64,000 nucleotides of DNA from Planctomycetota bacterium. Its GTDB lineage: Bacteria; Planctomycetota; UBA11346. This document shows, piece by piece, positions 29,734-39,108 of the stretch. Position 1 is the first letter of the stretch; each line of letters begins with the position of its first letter. Below the pieces are notes generated by a model. The model saw only the letters and a list, made by a program, of their open reading frames with translations, did not search any database and had not been told where the DNA came from. Both the position numbers and the translations under genes were made by a program. The DNA lies in contig JBBRLJ010000002.1 of NCBI GenBank assembly GCA_038231435.1, positions 145,896-209,895 on the forward strand. Direction: 5' to 3'.

Positions 29734-29937
29734 TCAGCGGTTGAGGCCGCTCTCGGCGCGTTCCTGGATGATGCGCTTCTCGAGCTTGCGCGCCTCGCGG
29801 CGGCGGCGCTCGCTGGGCTTGTCGTAATAGAGGTTCTTCTTGATGTCCTTGGTCAGACCTTCCTTCTCGCAGCGCTTCTTGAAGCGGCGGAGGGTCTTCT
29901 CGAGGGGCTCACCATTACGGGCTTCGACGCGGATCAT
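29734..29937 (-). CDS. rpsU: 30S ribosomal protein S21
   Basis: E.LEK.LRRFKK.C…YYDKPSERRR. Confidence 0.93.
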   Translation of the reverse strand: MIRVEARNGEPLEKTLRRFKKRCEKEGLTKDIKKNLYYDKPSERRRREARKLEKRIIQERAESGLNR

Positions 29938-30046
29938 ATAGCTCTGAGGCTCCTGACGTTGGGGAGAACACGTTATCCGACACCCGCATCGGGCAAGTGA
30001 AACAATACCGAAACCCCTCGCGAATCACATCCCTTTGCCCCATCTA

Positions 30047-30534
30047 TATTTGCATGAATCTCCCCGCGATTCGGGTCCTTCCATGTCCCCTAATAGGACG
30101 CAGCGAGGACCGTTATCGTCGGCGAGGCCAAGGCGCGATCCCGAAGCGGTACTCGTGTACCGCGAGCGGTGAGCCAACGCCGGCATCGCCGACGAGAACC
30201 GCAGCTATTTTGCATGAATCTCCCCGCGATTCGGGTCCTTCCATGTCCCCTAATAGGACGCAGCGAGGACCGTTATCGTCGGCGAGGCCAAGGCGGCGAT
30301 CCCGAAGCGGTACTCGTGTACCGCGAGCGGTGAGCCAACGCCGGCATCGCCGACGAGAACCGCAGCTATTTTGCATGAATCGCCACGCGATTCGAGTCCT
30401 CTCCGTGCCCACTAAAGGACGCAGCGAGGACCGTTATCGTCGGCGAGGCCAAGGCGGCGATCCCGAAGCGGTACTCGTGTACCGCGAGCGGTGAGCCAAC
30501 GCCGGCATCGCCGACGAGAACGGCCGCAGCTATT
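30047..30534. repeat. Tandem array of three ~160-bp hairpin-forming units
   Basis: TGCATGAATC recurs at 30051, 30211 and 30372; the units are near-identical. Confidence 0.95.
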
Positions 30535-31549
30535 CGGTGATGTCGACGGCGGTGGGTGCGAGGTCGGGCTGAGACAAGGTGTTGTACAACTCCTCGGCGT
30601 CGAGGTTGTCCAGCCGCACGCAGCCGTGCGACGCGCCTTCGCCGATCTTGCTGTCGGTGCCGGTGTAGCCGTGGATGCCGATGCCGTCCTGGCCGAGTTC
30701 GGCGGGATCGAACTTCATCCAGATGGGTCCAAGGATGTTGCCAGGATCGCCGTAGCGCATGACCAGATGCGAGGTGGGATCGGTCCAGTCGGGATGCCAC
30801 TCGCGGCCGATCAGATGGGTGCGGCCGACCGGGGTCGGCGATTCGCGCTTGCCGACGCTGACCTTGTAGCGTTTCGCGAACAGGCCGGCGACATAGCAGT
30901 CGAGGATGTAGTCGCCCTTGTCGACGTGGATGGCGAAGCCGCCTTTATCCTTCACCTTGACCACCTTGAGGACCTCGCCGACCGCGAGCTTGCCGTCATT
31001 TGCCTCGTGGCCACGCAGGCGGTTGAGGAACTGCTGACTCATGCCGTACTTGCGCGCGATCACGTTGGGTGACTCGCCAGCAGCGGCGACGTGCACCGCG
31101 AAAATGCCCGAGGCGTCGTCGGGGTACTTGGCCTTGGAGAAGAACATCGCCGCGCCGAGCGGAGCGAGCCGATCTGAGATCAGGCTGTTCTCGCGACTCG
31201 CGAGTCCGACCTGGTTGTAGAGGCTGCGCAGCACCCCGGAATACAGCGCAGCCATCTCCGGCGCCTTGGCGCTGGTCGCCGGGTCAGCGCCAGCCTGAGC
31301 CCACAACGCCTCTGCCTGGTCGAGCGTCTGCTTGGCCTCGCTCGGTAAGGTCCCCTGACCCAACCCCGGATCGCTGCCCGTGCCGGCGGCGGTCGAGCCG
31401 GCGGCGGTGCCTGATGGGGACAGCCCAGGCGTGCCGGTCATGGGGATCACCGGATCACCGGTCTCCATCGCTGGCTTCTGGTGCTTCTTGTGCCAGTACC
31501 AGCCGCCTGCGGCGGCCGCGATGATCAGGATCACGATGAACGCGCGCAT
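30530..31549 (-). CDS. LysM-containing L,D-transpeptidase (YkuD family)
   Basis: N-terminal TM, LysM (GESPNVIARKYGMS…L.RL) and the catalytic GIHG…SHGCVRL. Confidence 0.9.
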   Translation of the reverse strand: MRAFIVILIIAAAAGGWYWHKKHQKPAMETGDPVIPMTGTPGLSPSGTAAGSTAAGTGSDPGLGQGTLPSEAKQTLDQAEALWAQAGADPATSAKAPEMAALYSGVLRSLYNQVGLASRENSLISDRLAPLGAAMFFSKAKYPDDASGIFAVHVAAAGESPNVIARKYGMSQQFLNRLRGHEANDGKLAVGEVLKVVKVKDKGGFAIHVDKGDYILDCYVAGLFAKRYKVSVGKRESPTPVGRTHLIGREWHPDWTDPTSHLVMRYGDPGNILGPIWMKFDPAELGQDGIGIHGYTGTDSKIGEGASHGCVRLDNLDAEELYNTLSQPDLAPTAVDITE

Positions 31550-31766
31550 ATCGCCTCGATGGGTTCGGGCCGGAGAGGAAGCGCAGACCTTGCCAGAACC
31601 CCCCCGATAGGGAAGCGCGAGCAGTGCCGGCACGACGGCGTCCACTCCACCGGCGGCACCCGCAACGGGGGCGACTAGCACTGCAAGCGGGGTCCGCTAA
31701 CGTGCGCCGCTTCCCGCCTACGGCCCAAGAGGCCCCGACTCGCAGCCCTCCGCCCATCGGAATCCC

Positions 31767-33215
31767 ATGCCCTACCGCCCACGCCTCCTGGTCACCAGTC
31801 TCGCCCTGCTCGCCGGATCGTGCCCGTACGCGCTCGCGCAGGAGCTCGGAGGCGCGCCAGTGGACAACGCCGGCTCGGCGACGCCGGGCTCGACGCCGAC
31901 CAACGGCGGGGGCACCTCGATGGAGTATGCGCCCGGGTCGCGCTTCGGCGTCAATGCCCAGCGCCAAGTGGTGGTGCGCGGTCTCATTGATCTCGATGCC
32001 CTCATCCAGGGCAACTACCTCGACGGCAACAACAACGTCAGCGACCATCGCGGCTACGGCCTGATCCGCGCCGAGCTCGGCACCAAGGTGAAGCTCGACG
32101 AGCGCGTCAGCGCCATCATCACCATCGCCTATTACGACGAGGCCGGCAGCGCCGCTTCGAGCGCGGCGACCACGCCGGCCACGCCCAGCACGCCGACGCC
32201 CACCGTGCAGCGCGATCGCGGCCGTACCGTGGTCGACGACGCGTACGTCGAGCTCAAAGAGTTCCTCGGCTTCCAGGAGCTCGGCATCGATGCCGGCCGC
32301 ATGCCGGTATGCTGGAATCTGCGCGAGGGGAAGGGTGGCTTCCTCTACGACAGCCGCGCCAACGATCCCGCAGTCACCAGCTGGGACGGCGCGCGCGCCA
32401 CCTACAACCTCGACCACATCGACATCACTCCTTACGCCTACCGACTCCCCGACAACAGTTCGCTCTTCGGCGGCGCGGTGGACTGGAAGCCCGAGAACAG
32501 CGGCTCGAGCCGCACCTTCCTGACCGGCTCGATCAACCTCGAGCGCAACGTCGTGCTGCGCCCGACCACCGGCAATCCCACGCCTGGCACCGGCCGCCGC
32601 CTGATCACGTACTACGCGGGCGCCGAGTTCGAGCTCAACGAATTCGACATCTACGGCGAATATGCGGCGCAGCGCGGAGAGCAGAACAACGGCACGCGCT
32701 TCTACGGCTGGGGCGCGAACGTCGGCGTCGATTGGCGCACCCACCTCGCCACCGGCCAGCAGTTCGTGCTCGGCGTGAAGGGCGACTACCTCAGCGGCGA
32801 CGACAATCCCGCCGACGACCGCAACTACGCATTCATCAACAACTGGGAAGGCACCAGCGACTGCTACATCGTCGAGAGCGAGAAGTACGGAGAGCTGTCG
32901 CGCTACCTCCAGGGCAACCTGATGGACGTCAAGGCCACGGCCGGCATCTCGTTCGATGATCACAACCGCATCCGCCTGAGCGCTACCTACGGATATTTCC
33001 GCACGCCCAAGCCGCTGCCGGGCAGATCACGCGAGTTTGGTCAGGAGGGCGATCTGACCCTCACCTGGCAGTACACCTACAATGCGACCTTCCGCCTGTT
33101 CGGCGGCGGCTTCAAGCCGTTCACCGGTTTCGACGAAGTCGCGCCAGCTGGGCCGGCCCTGTCGAAGACCGACATGGTGTACCTGATGGGATTGAACCTG
33201 GCGGTGGTGTTCTAG
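31767..33215 (+). CDS. Outer-membrane beta-barrel, alginate-export-like family
   Basis: Signal peptide, DDAYVE…AGR, SWDGAR, DYLSGDD and GQEGDL motifs, and a terminal Phe. Confidence 0.75.
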   Translation: MPYRPRLLVTSLALLAGSCPYALAQELGGAPVDNAGSATPGSTPTNGGGTSMEYAPGSRFGVNAQRQVVVRGLIDLDALIQGNYLDGNNNVSDHRGYGLIRAELGTKVKLDERVSAIITIAYYDEAGSAASSAATTPATPSTPTPTVQRDRGRTVVDDAYVELKEFLGFQELGIDAGRMPVCWNLREGKGGFLYDSRANDPAVTSWDGARATYNLDHIDITPYAYRLPDNSSLFGGAVDWKPENSGSSRTFLTGSINLERNVVLRPTTGNPTPGTGRRLITYYAGAEFELNEFDIYGEYAAQRGEQNNGTRFYGWGANVGVDWRTHLATGQQFVLGVKGDYLSGDDNPADDRNYAFINNWEGTSDCYIVESEKYGELSRYLQGNLMDVKATAGISFDDHNRIRLSATYGYFRTPKPLPGRSREFGQEGDLTLTWQYTYNATFRLFGGGFKPFTGFDEVAPAGPALSKTDMVYLMGLNLAVVF

Positions 33216-33386
33216 CCGCCGCGGATCGGCGGCAGTGTGTGGAGTGAGGTGGCGATCGAGATCCGGTGATGCCTGCTCCTTCGAGCGAGGTCTGACTGGA
33301 ACCAGACCGCTTCCTCCTCGCTATCGACCTACCTCACACACCACCCACGCGTGGCGTCCCGCCACCGCCGCCTACACTCCCTGGCA

Positions 33387-36300
33387 ATGGCCGAATTCGT
33401 CCATCTGCACGTCCACAGCCACTACACGCTGCTCGAGGCGACGATCACCCCGGCAAAGCTGCTGAAGGCGGTCCGCGACAAGGGCATGCGTGCGGTCGCG
33501 TTGACCGATCGTGGAAACCTCTTCGGCGCCTTCGAGCTCTACTCGACGGCCAAGGACGCGGCCGACAAGGCGAAGGGACCGGCGGACAAGGCCGGCGATG
33601 AGGCCAAGAAGGCGCGCGAGGCCGCGAGCGCCGCGCCTACTGACGCGGCGCTCGCCGCTTCCGCAGAGGCCACGGAGAAGCGCGCGTACGAGCTGATGGC
33701 CGCTGCCAAAGCCGAGGGCATCAAGCCGATCATCGGCTGCCAGGTCAACGTCGCGCCACTGGGCATGAAGGAGAAGGTACGCGACATGCACCAGCTGGTG
33801 CTCCTCGCGACCAGCGAAGCGGGCTACCGCAATCTCAGCCGCCTGGTCAGCCTGGGCTGGCTCGAGGGCTTCTACTTCGAACCGCGCGTGGATCTCGAAA
33901 CCATGCGCGCGCACGCCGAAGGCCTGATCTGCCTGACCGGCACCGGCAAGGATGGTTTCCTCAACCGCCATCTCATCGCTGGAGCGCAGGAGGAAGCGCG
34001 GCGGCAGCTGGGCCTCCTGAAGGATGCGTTTTCCGACCGCCTCTACGTCGAGATCTCGGACTTCGGCACCGAGGGCCCGGTCAGCTCGATCGCGGGCAAC
34101 ATCGCGCTCGCGCGCGAGCTCGATGTCCCCGTGGTCGCGACCAACTGGGTCCACTATCTCGAGCGGTCCGACCACCGCATCCAAGACGTGCAGCTCGCCA
34201 TCGAGAACGCCACGACCATCGCCGATACCCGTCGCAAGCGCATGCCGTCGCCAGAATTCTACCTCAAGACTCCAGACGAGATGGCCGCGCTGTTCAAGGA
34301 CGTGCCTGAGGCGATCGCCAACTCGGTGGCCATCGCCGAGCGCTGTTCGGGTAAGGTCATCCCGACCGGGCAGTACTACCTGCCGAAATTCCAGTGCCCC
34401 GAGGACGAGGACGAGAAGTCGCTCCTGCACCGGCTGTGCCTGGTCGGCCTCGAGCGCCGCTACGGCACCGCGATCGCGGGGATCACCGCCGAGCATCGCG
34501 AGCGCCTGACCTTCGAACTCGATACCATCGAGAAGATGGGCTTCGAGGCGTACTTCCTGATCGTGGCCGACTTCATCAACTGGGCGAAGAACAAGGGCAT
34601 CCCCGTCGGCCCCGGGCGGGGCTCGGCGGCCGGCAGCCTGGTGTCGTACTGCCTCGGCATCACCGACATTTGTCCGCTACGGTATGGCCTGCTGTTCGAG
34701 CGCTTCCTCAACCCAGGGCGCAAGTCGATGCCGGACATCGACGTCGATTTCTGCAAGGACCGGCGCGGCGAAGTCATCGAATACGTCTCGAACAAGTACG
34801 GCCGCGACGCGGTGACCCAGATCATGACCCTGGGCACGATGAAGGCGCGCATGGCGATCAAGGACGTCGCCCGCGCCTTCGAGTGGACGCCCGAGGAGGC
34901 GCAGGAGCTCGCGAACCTGGTTCCCGAGGATCCCTCGGGCAAGCACGACCTCGCGGTCTGCCTCGGCCGCAAGCCCCTCGAGAAGGACGTCTACGGCACC
35001 GTCGACGCGATGGCCAAACGCTACGAGGGCGACGAGCGCACGCGTAACGTGCTCGATGCCGCGCTGCAGCTCGAGAAGCTCGGGCGCTCGCTCGGCGTGC
35101 ACGCCTGCGGCATCATCATCGCGCCTGGCGCGGTGAGCTCGTACGTGCCGGTGTGCAAGGTGAAGGACAAGCCGGCGACCCAGTACAACATGAACCAGGT
35201 CGAGAAGTGCGGCCTGCTCAAGATGGACTTCCTCGGCCTGAAGACCATGTCCATCCTGAAGAAGTGCGCGGACATCGTCCGCTCGTCCGAAGGCATCGAG
35301 ATCGACTACGACCGCGTCGCGCTCGACGACAAGCGCACCTTCGAGATGCTCGGGCAGGGCGACACGCTGGGCGTCTTCCAATGCGAATCCACGGGCTTCC
35401 AGGAGCTGATCAAGCTGCTCAAGCCCGACCGCTTCGAGGACATGATCGCGCTGGTCGCCCTCTACCGGCCAGGCCCCCTGCAGGCCGGCATGCACATCCA
35501 GTACTGCGACCGCAAGCACGGCCGCGAGAAGGTCGACTACCCGCACCAGGTGCTCGAGCGCTCGCTGAAAGAGACCTACGGCCTCTACATCTACCAAGAG
35601 CAGGTGATGAATATCAGCCGCGAGCTGTGCGGCTTCACGCCGGCGGAAGCCGACGATCTGCGCAAGGCGATGGGCAAGAAGGACCTCAACGTCCTCACCA
35701 AGCTCGAGCAGAAGTTCGTCGACGGCGCCTGGAAGACCCACCAGTTTCCGCGCGACAAGTGCACGGACATGTGGAACAAGATCCTCGGATTCGCGTCGTA
35801 CTGCTTCAATAAATCGCATTCGGCGTGCTACGGCCTGATCGCCTATTGGACGGCGTACATGAAGGCGAACCACTACGCCGCGTTCATGACCGCCAACCTC
35901 ATCTACGAGATGGACAACAAGGACAAGATGACGCGCTTCGTCGAGGAGCTGCGCGTCAAGGACATCCCGGTACTGCCACCCGACGTCAACGAATCTGGTT
36001 GGGAGTTCACGCTCGTGCAGTCCGGGGTAGAGGGCGATCGCGCTGCCGCCAAGGGATCGCCGGGATCCGAGGGCGGCGAGGGCTCCGAGGTGAAGGTCCG
36101 CTACGGCTTCGGCGGCGTGAAGGCGATCGGCGAGGGCGCGGCCGAGCACCTGATCGCCAACCGCCGCGAGCACGGCCCATTCATCTCGATGTACGACCTG
36201 TGCGAACGCGTCGACACGCGCGTCATCAACAAGCGCGTGATCGAGAGCCTGATCAAGGTGGGTGCGCTCGACAGCCTGCACGCCAACCGCCGCGCGCTCT

Positions 36301-37310
36301 TCGAGGCCCAGGATCGCGCCTTCGACCGCGGCTCGCGGCTCGCCAAGACCAAGGCCCAGAACCAGGAGACGCTGTTCTCGAGCTTCGAGAGCGACGACGC
36401 CTTCAAGCAGGAGACCCAGGGCTATCCCGACGTCCCCGACTGGAGCGTCGATGAGCGGCTCGGCTTCGAGAAGGCGCTGACCGGATACTGGATCTCGAGC
36501 CATCCGCTCGCCGACCACCGTAGCGTGATCGAGCGCCTGCAGCTGACCACCAGTCGCGGCATGCCGGCAGTCGCCACCGGCTGGCGCATCACCATCGCCG
36601 CAGTGGTCCTGGCGAAGCGCGTCATCAAGACCAAGACCGGCAAGACCATGGCCATTCTCTCGCTCGAGGACCAGCACGGGCGATTCGAGGCGGTGCTGTT
36701 CCCGGCGCGCCCCGATCGCCGCGGCCAGATCGAACAAGGCGCCTTCGAGAAATTCGCCCACGAGTGCGAACCCGATGTGGTCGCGGTCTTCACTGGCACG
36801 GTCGAACGCCGCGAGCGCCGCCCAGCGCGGCCGGCGCCGCCGGCGGCGGGCGAAGAGGAGATCCCCCTCGGCGATGCCGGCGACGAAGGCATGGCCGACG
36901 CCCCCGCCGCGGCGCCCGCCCCCGAACAACTGCCGAGCCTGAACCTCTCCGACATGATCCCGATGCGCCTGATCACCGAACGGCTGACCCGCGACATCAC
37001 CGTCGCCATCGACTGCGCCGACGAGCACAGCGACGAGCAATTCGCGCGCACCGAACTGCTGCTGAAGGAGCACCCCGGTGGCGTGCCAGTCAACGTGCGC
37101 GCGCTGACCCCGGACGGCATCTCGGTGACCGTCGCCTTCGGCGAACGCTGGAAGGTGCACGCCTGCGACGAGGTGGTGAAGGCGCTGCGTTCGATCTGGG
37201 GTGAACGGCAGGTGATCCTGAAGATGAACGAATTGGCGAGCGGAGGAAGTGCCAACGGGAATGGGACCGGCAGACAGCAGAGCCGCCGGGAGATGGAACC
37301 GGTCGGGTAG
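33387..37310 (+). CDS. dnaE: DNA polymerase III alpha subunit
   Basis: FVHLHVHS, GPGRGSAAGS, catalytic PDIDVDF, KMDFLGL, FNKSH, clamp motif QETLF and an OB fold. Confidence 0.97.
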   Translation: MAEFVHLHVHSHYTLLEATITPAKLLKAVRDKGMRAVALTDRGNLFGAFELYSTAKDAADKAKGPADKAGDEAKKAREAASAAPTDAALAASAEATEKRAYELMAAAKAEGIKPIIGCQVNVAPLGMKEKVRDMHQLVLLATSEAGYRNLSRLVSLGWLEGFYFEPRVDLETMRAHAEGLICLTGTGKDGFLNRHLIAGAQEEARRQLGLLKDAFSDRLYVEISDFGTEGPVSSIAGNIALARELDVPVVATNWVHYLERSDHRIQDVQLAIENATTIADTRRKRMPSPEFYLKTPDEMAALFKDVPEAIANSVAIAERCSGKVIPTGQYYLPKFQCPEDEDEKSLLHRLCLVGLERRYGTAIAGITAEHRERLTFELDTIEKMGFEAYFLIVADFINWAKNKGIPVGPGRGSAAGSLVSYCLGITDICPLRYGLLFERFLNPGRKSMPDIDVDFCKDRRGEVIEYVSNKYGRDAVTQIMTLGTMKARMAIKDVARAFEWTPEEAQELANLVPEDPSGKHDLAVCLGRKPLEKDVYGTVDAMAKRYEGDERTRNVLDAALQLEKLGRSLGVHACGIIIAPGAVSSYVPVCKVKDKPATQYNMNQVEKCGLLKMDFLGLKTMSILKKCADIVRSSEGIEIDYDRVALDDKRTFEMLGQGDTLGVFQCESTGFQELIKLLKPDRFEDMIALVALYRPGPLQAGMHIQYCDRKHGREKVDYPHQVLERSLKETYGLYIYQEQVMNISRELCGFTPAEADDLRKAMGKKDLNVLTKLEQKFVDGAWKTHQFPRDKCTDMWNKILGFASYCFNKSHSACYGLIAYWTAYMKANHYAAFMTANLIYEMDNKDKMTRFVEELRVKDIPVLPPDVNESGWEFTLVQSGVEGDRAAAKGSPGSEGGEGSEVKVRYGFGGVKAIGEGAAEHLIANRREHGPFISMYDLCERVDTRVINKRVIESLIKVGALDSLHANRRALFEAQDRAFDRGSRLAKTKAQNQETLFSSFESDDAFKQETQGYPDVPDWSVDERLGFEKALTGYWISSHPLADHRSVIERLQLTTSRGMPAVATGWRITIAAVVLAKRVIKTKTGKTMAILSLEDQHGRFEAVLFPARPDRRGQIEQGAFEKFAHECEPDVVAVFTGTVERRERRPARPAPPAAGEEEIPLGDAGDEGMADAPAAAPAPEQLPSLNLSDMIPMRLITERLTRDITVAIDCADEHSDEQFARTELLLKEHPGGVPVNVRALTPDGISVTVAFGERWKVHACDEVVKALRSIWGERQVILKMNELASGGSANGNGTGRQQSRREMEPVG

Positions 37311-37374
37311 ACGGCAGGACTCCGGTGTAGGCCTCGATCTTCAACGCGAAGCGCGCCGTGCTGTTGTCGCTACC

Positions 37375-37404
37375 AAAAAAAACCCGGACCCTTTCGGGTC
37401 CGGG
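37375..37404 (-). terminator. Intrinsic terminator for the 37437-37841 gene
   Basis: Perfect 9-bp stem CCCGGACCC/GGGTCCGGG with a GAAA loop on the minus strand, followed by a run of eight T. Confidence 0.85.
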
Positions 37405-37436
37405 CGTCATCGGCTCGCGCCGATGTCCGGAATCGA

Positions 37437-37841
37437 TCAGCGCTTGGCTGCGCCCGAGGTGGCGAAGCAGCCCTTCTCGGCGATGAAGCTCTTGGCCTTG
37501 GTGTCGACGTCGGCGGTGGTGACCAGCCAGCCGGTGACCTTCTGGCCGGGGTAGCGCTGCTGGAGCTTGTCGCGCAGGTCGACGAACTGCTCGCCGTCCT
37601 TGACCGAGATCTTCCCGGCGCGGCGCTTGATGTCGACGAACCAGACATCCTTGCGGCCACGTGCGACGACGATGCGGCCCGCGCCTTCCAGGCCGTAGTT
37701 CTTCACTGGCACCGCCTCGACGCTCTGGAACACCGGAAGCCGGGTCTCCAGCTCGCGGTCGACGACGTCACCCGGCAGGGGATGCCCAGCGCGCAGCAAG
37801 CGGATGATGGCTTCTTCGGTGGCACGGACGGCGATGCGCAT
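37437..37841 (-). CDS. Small protein, possibly restriction-endonuclease-like (PD-(D/E)xK) fold
   Basis: WFVDIKRRAGKISVKDGEQF…GWLVTT pattern; strong AAGGAG SD; own terminator. Confidence 0.6.
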   Translation of the reverse strand: MRIAVRATEEAIIRLLRAGHPLPGDVVDRELETRLPVFQSVEAVPVKNYGLEGAGRIVVARGRKDVWFVDIKRRAGKISVKDGEQFVDLRDKLQQRYPGQKVTGWLVTTADVDTKAKSFIAEKGCFATSGAAKR

Positions 37842-37936
37842 GGGGCTCTCCTTAAAAGAGATGGGAAGAAAGATTTGGAATCGAGCTGGGCTGGGTAAAC
37901 TCGTTGATGAAGACTGATGCAAGGGCCATGGGCCGA

Positions 37937-37963
37937 TGCTCAAAAATTGAGCAGAGAAGTATA
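37937..37963 (-). promoter_or_regulatory. -10 box with adjacent perfect palindrome
   Basis: TATACT (minus strand, 37958-37963) lies next to TGCTCAA-AAA-TTGAGCA (37937-37953). Confidence 0.5.
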
Positions 37964-38209
37964 GTCTCCGGGCCTAAAACTCAAGTCAGAAGTGAACGAT
38001 GGATCGCTCATCTGGCACGTTTCCGACGCTCCAGAGTGGCTTTTTGGGACCTCTCAGGCGCTTCATAGACGTGGCGACATGCCTGCAACGCATGCACCCG
38101 CGATCATGATTATACCTCTAAATGGCTTCGTTTCAATATCTTGCTTGATCAATTCAGCGATCCCCCCAGAAGCATCCCGGTCACCGGGTCCCTGGGACGA
38201 GGATCGAGC

Positions 38210-38926
38210 ATGAGCAATCCCGACAGCCTCCGCGATGCGGTCTTCCGCGCCAACCTCGACCTCGTGGCCCAGGGGCTGGTCCTGCACACCTGGGGCAACG
38301 CCTCGGCCGTCGATCGCGCCAACGATGTGATGCTGATCAAGCCCAGCGGGGTCGATTACGCCGTGCTGCGCCCCGAGCACCTGGTCTCGGTGCGCCTGTC
38401 CAGCGGTGAGACCCTGCCCGGAAACACCCATCGCCCGAGTTCCGACACCGCCACCCATCTGGCCCTCTACCGCGCCTGGCCGAGCGTGGGCGGCATCGTC
38501 CACACCCACAGCGAGTACGCGACCAGCGTCGCCCAGGCCGGCATGGGCATCCCCGCACTGGGCACCACCCACGCCGACTATTTCGACGGCGACATTCCCT
38601 GCACCCGGCCGCTCACCGCCGAGGAGATCGCCGGCGAGTACGAGGCCAACACTGGCGCCGTCATCCGCGAATGCTTCGCCTTGGGAAAGCTCGACCCCCT
38701 CGCCATGCCGGGAGTCCTGGTCGCCCAGCACGCACCCTTCGCCTGGGGAGCCTCGGTCGAGAAGGCGGTCCACCACGCCGTCGTGCTCGAGCGCCTCGCG
38801 CGCATGCTCGTGCACACGTACACGCTCAATCCGGGTGCCGCCCGCGTGCCGGCGCACCTGCTCGCGAAGCACTACCAGCGCAAGCACGGGCCGAAGGCCT
38901 ACTACGGGCAGAAAAAAGACTCCTGA
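38210..38926 (+). CDS. araD: L-ribulose-5-phosphate 4-epimerase (class II aldolase/AraD family)
   Basis: TWGNAS, IKPSG, PSSDT.TH, VHTHS, GTTHADYF and HYQRKHG..AYYGQ. Confidence 0.92.
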   Translation: MSNPDSLRDAVFRANLDLVAQGLVLHTWGNASAVDRANDVMLIKPSGVDYAVLRPEHLVSVRLSSGETLPGNTHRPSSDTATHLALYRAWPSVGGIVHTHSEYATSVAQAGMGIPALGTTHADYFDGDIPCTRPLTAEEIAGEYEANTGAVIRECFALGKLDPLAMPGVLVAQHAPFAWGASVEKAVHHAVVLERLARMLVHTYTLNPGAARVPAHLLAKHYQRKHGPKAYYGQKKDS

Positions 38927-38927
38927 G

Positions 38928-39068
38928 CAGGGGCTCCGCCCCTACGGCCTGCGGCCTACCCCACGGCTTTGTCGGTGCTCGGATTCGCCGGCGAATCCGT
39001 CGGCGGATGGGCAGCGCCCATCGTATCCGCCGACCGCATCTCAGCGCCGCCCATCGCGGGGCGATGGG
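38928..39068 (+). repeat. Family A structured REP-like element, copy 2
   Basis: CAGGGGCTCCGCCCCTACGGCCTGCGGCCTACCCCACGGCTTTGTCGG…GTCGGCGGATGGGC…ATCCGCCGACC. Confidence 0.85.
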
Positions 39069-39108
39069 ATCCCGGGTAGACATCGCCGGTGGCGGCGACC
39101 CTGCTGCG

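Noticed and set aside
29997..30494. ORFs spanning the 160-bp repeat array
   Set aside because: The 160/161-bp period shifts frame between units and the products are Arg/Pro-rich with no motif, so the region is treated as non-coding.
30047..30534. CRISPR array
   Set aside because: The conserved part is about 115 bp, the linkers are homologous to each other rather than unique spacers, and there are no cas genes.
33555..33710. Intein in dnaE
   Set aside because: The insert is too short, is Ala-rich and has no splice-junction residues.
37845..38160. Horizontally acquired low-GC island or RNA gene
   Set aside because: It is only about 300 bp between divergent genes, consistent with promoter DNA, and has no tRNA or known ncRNA pattern.
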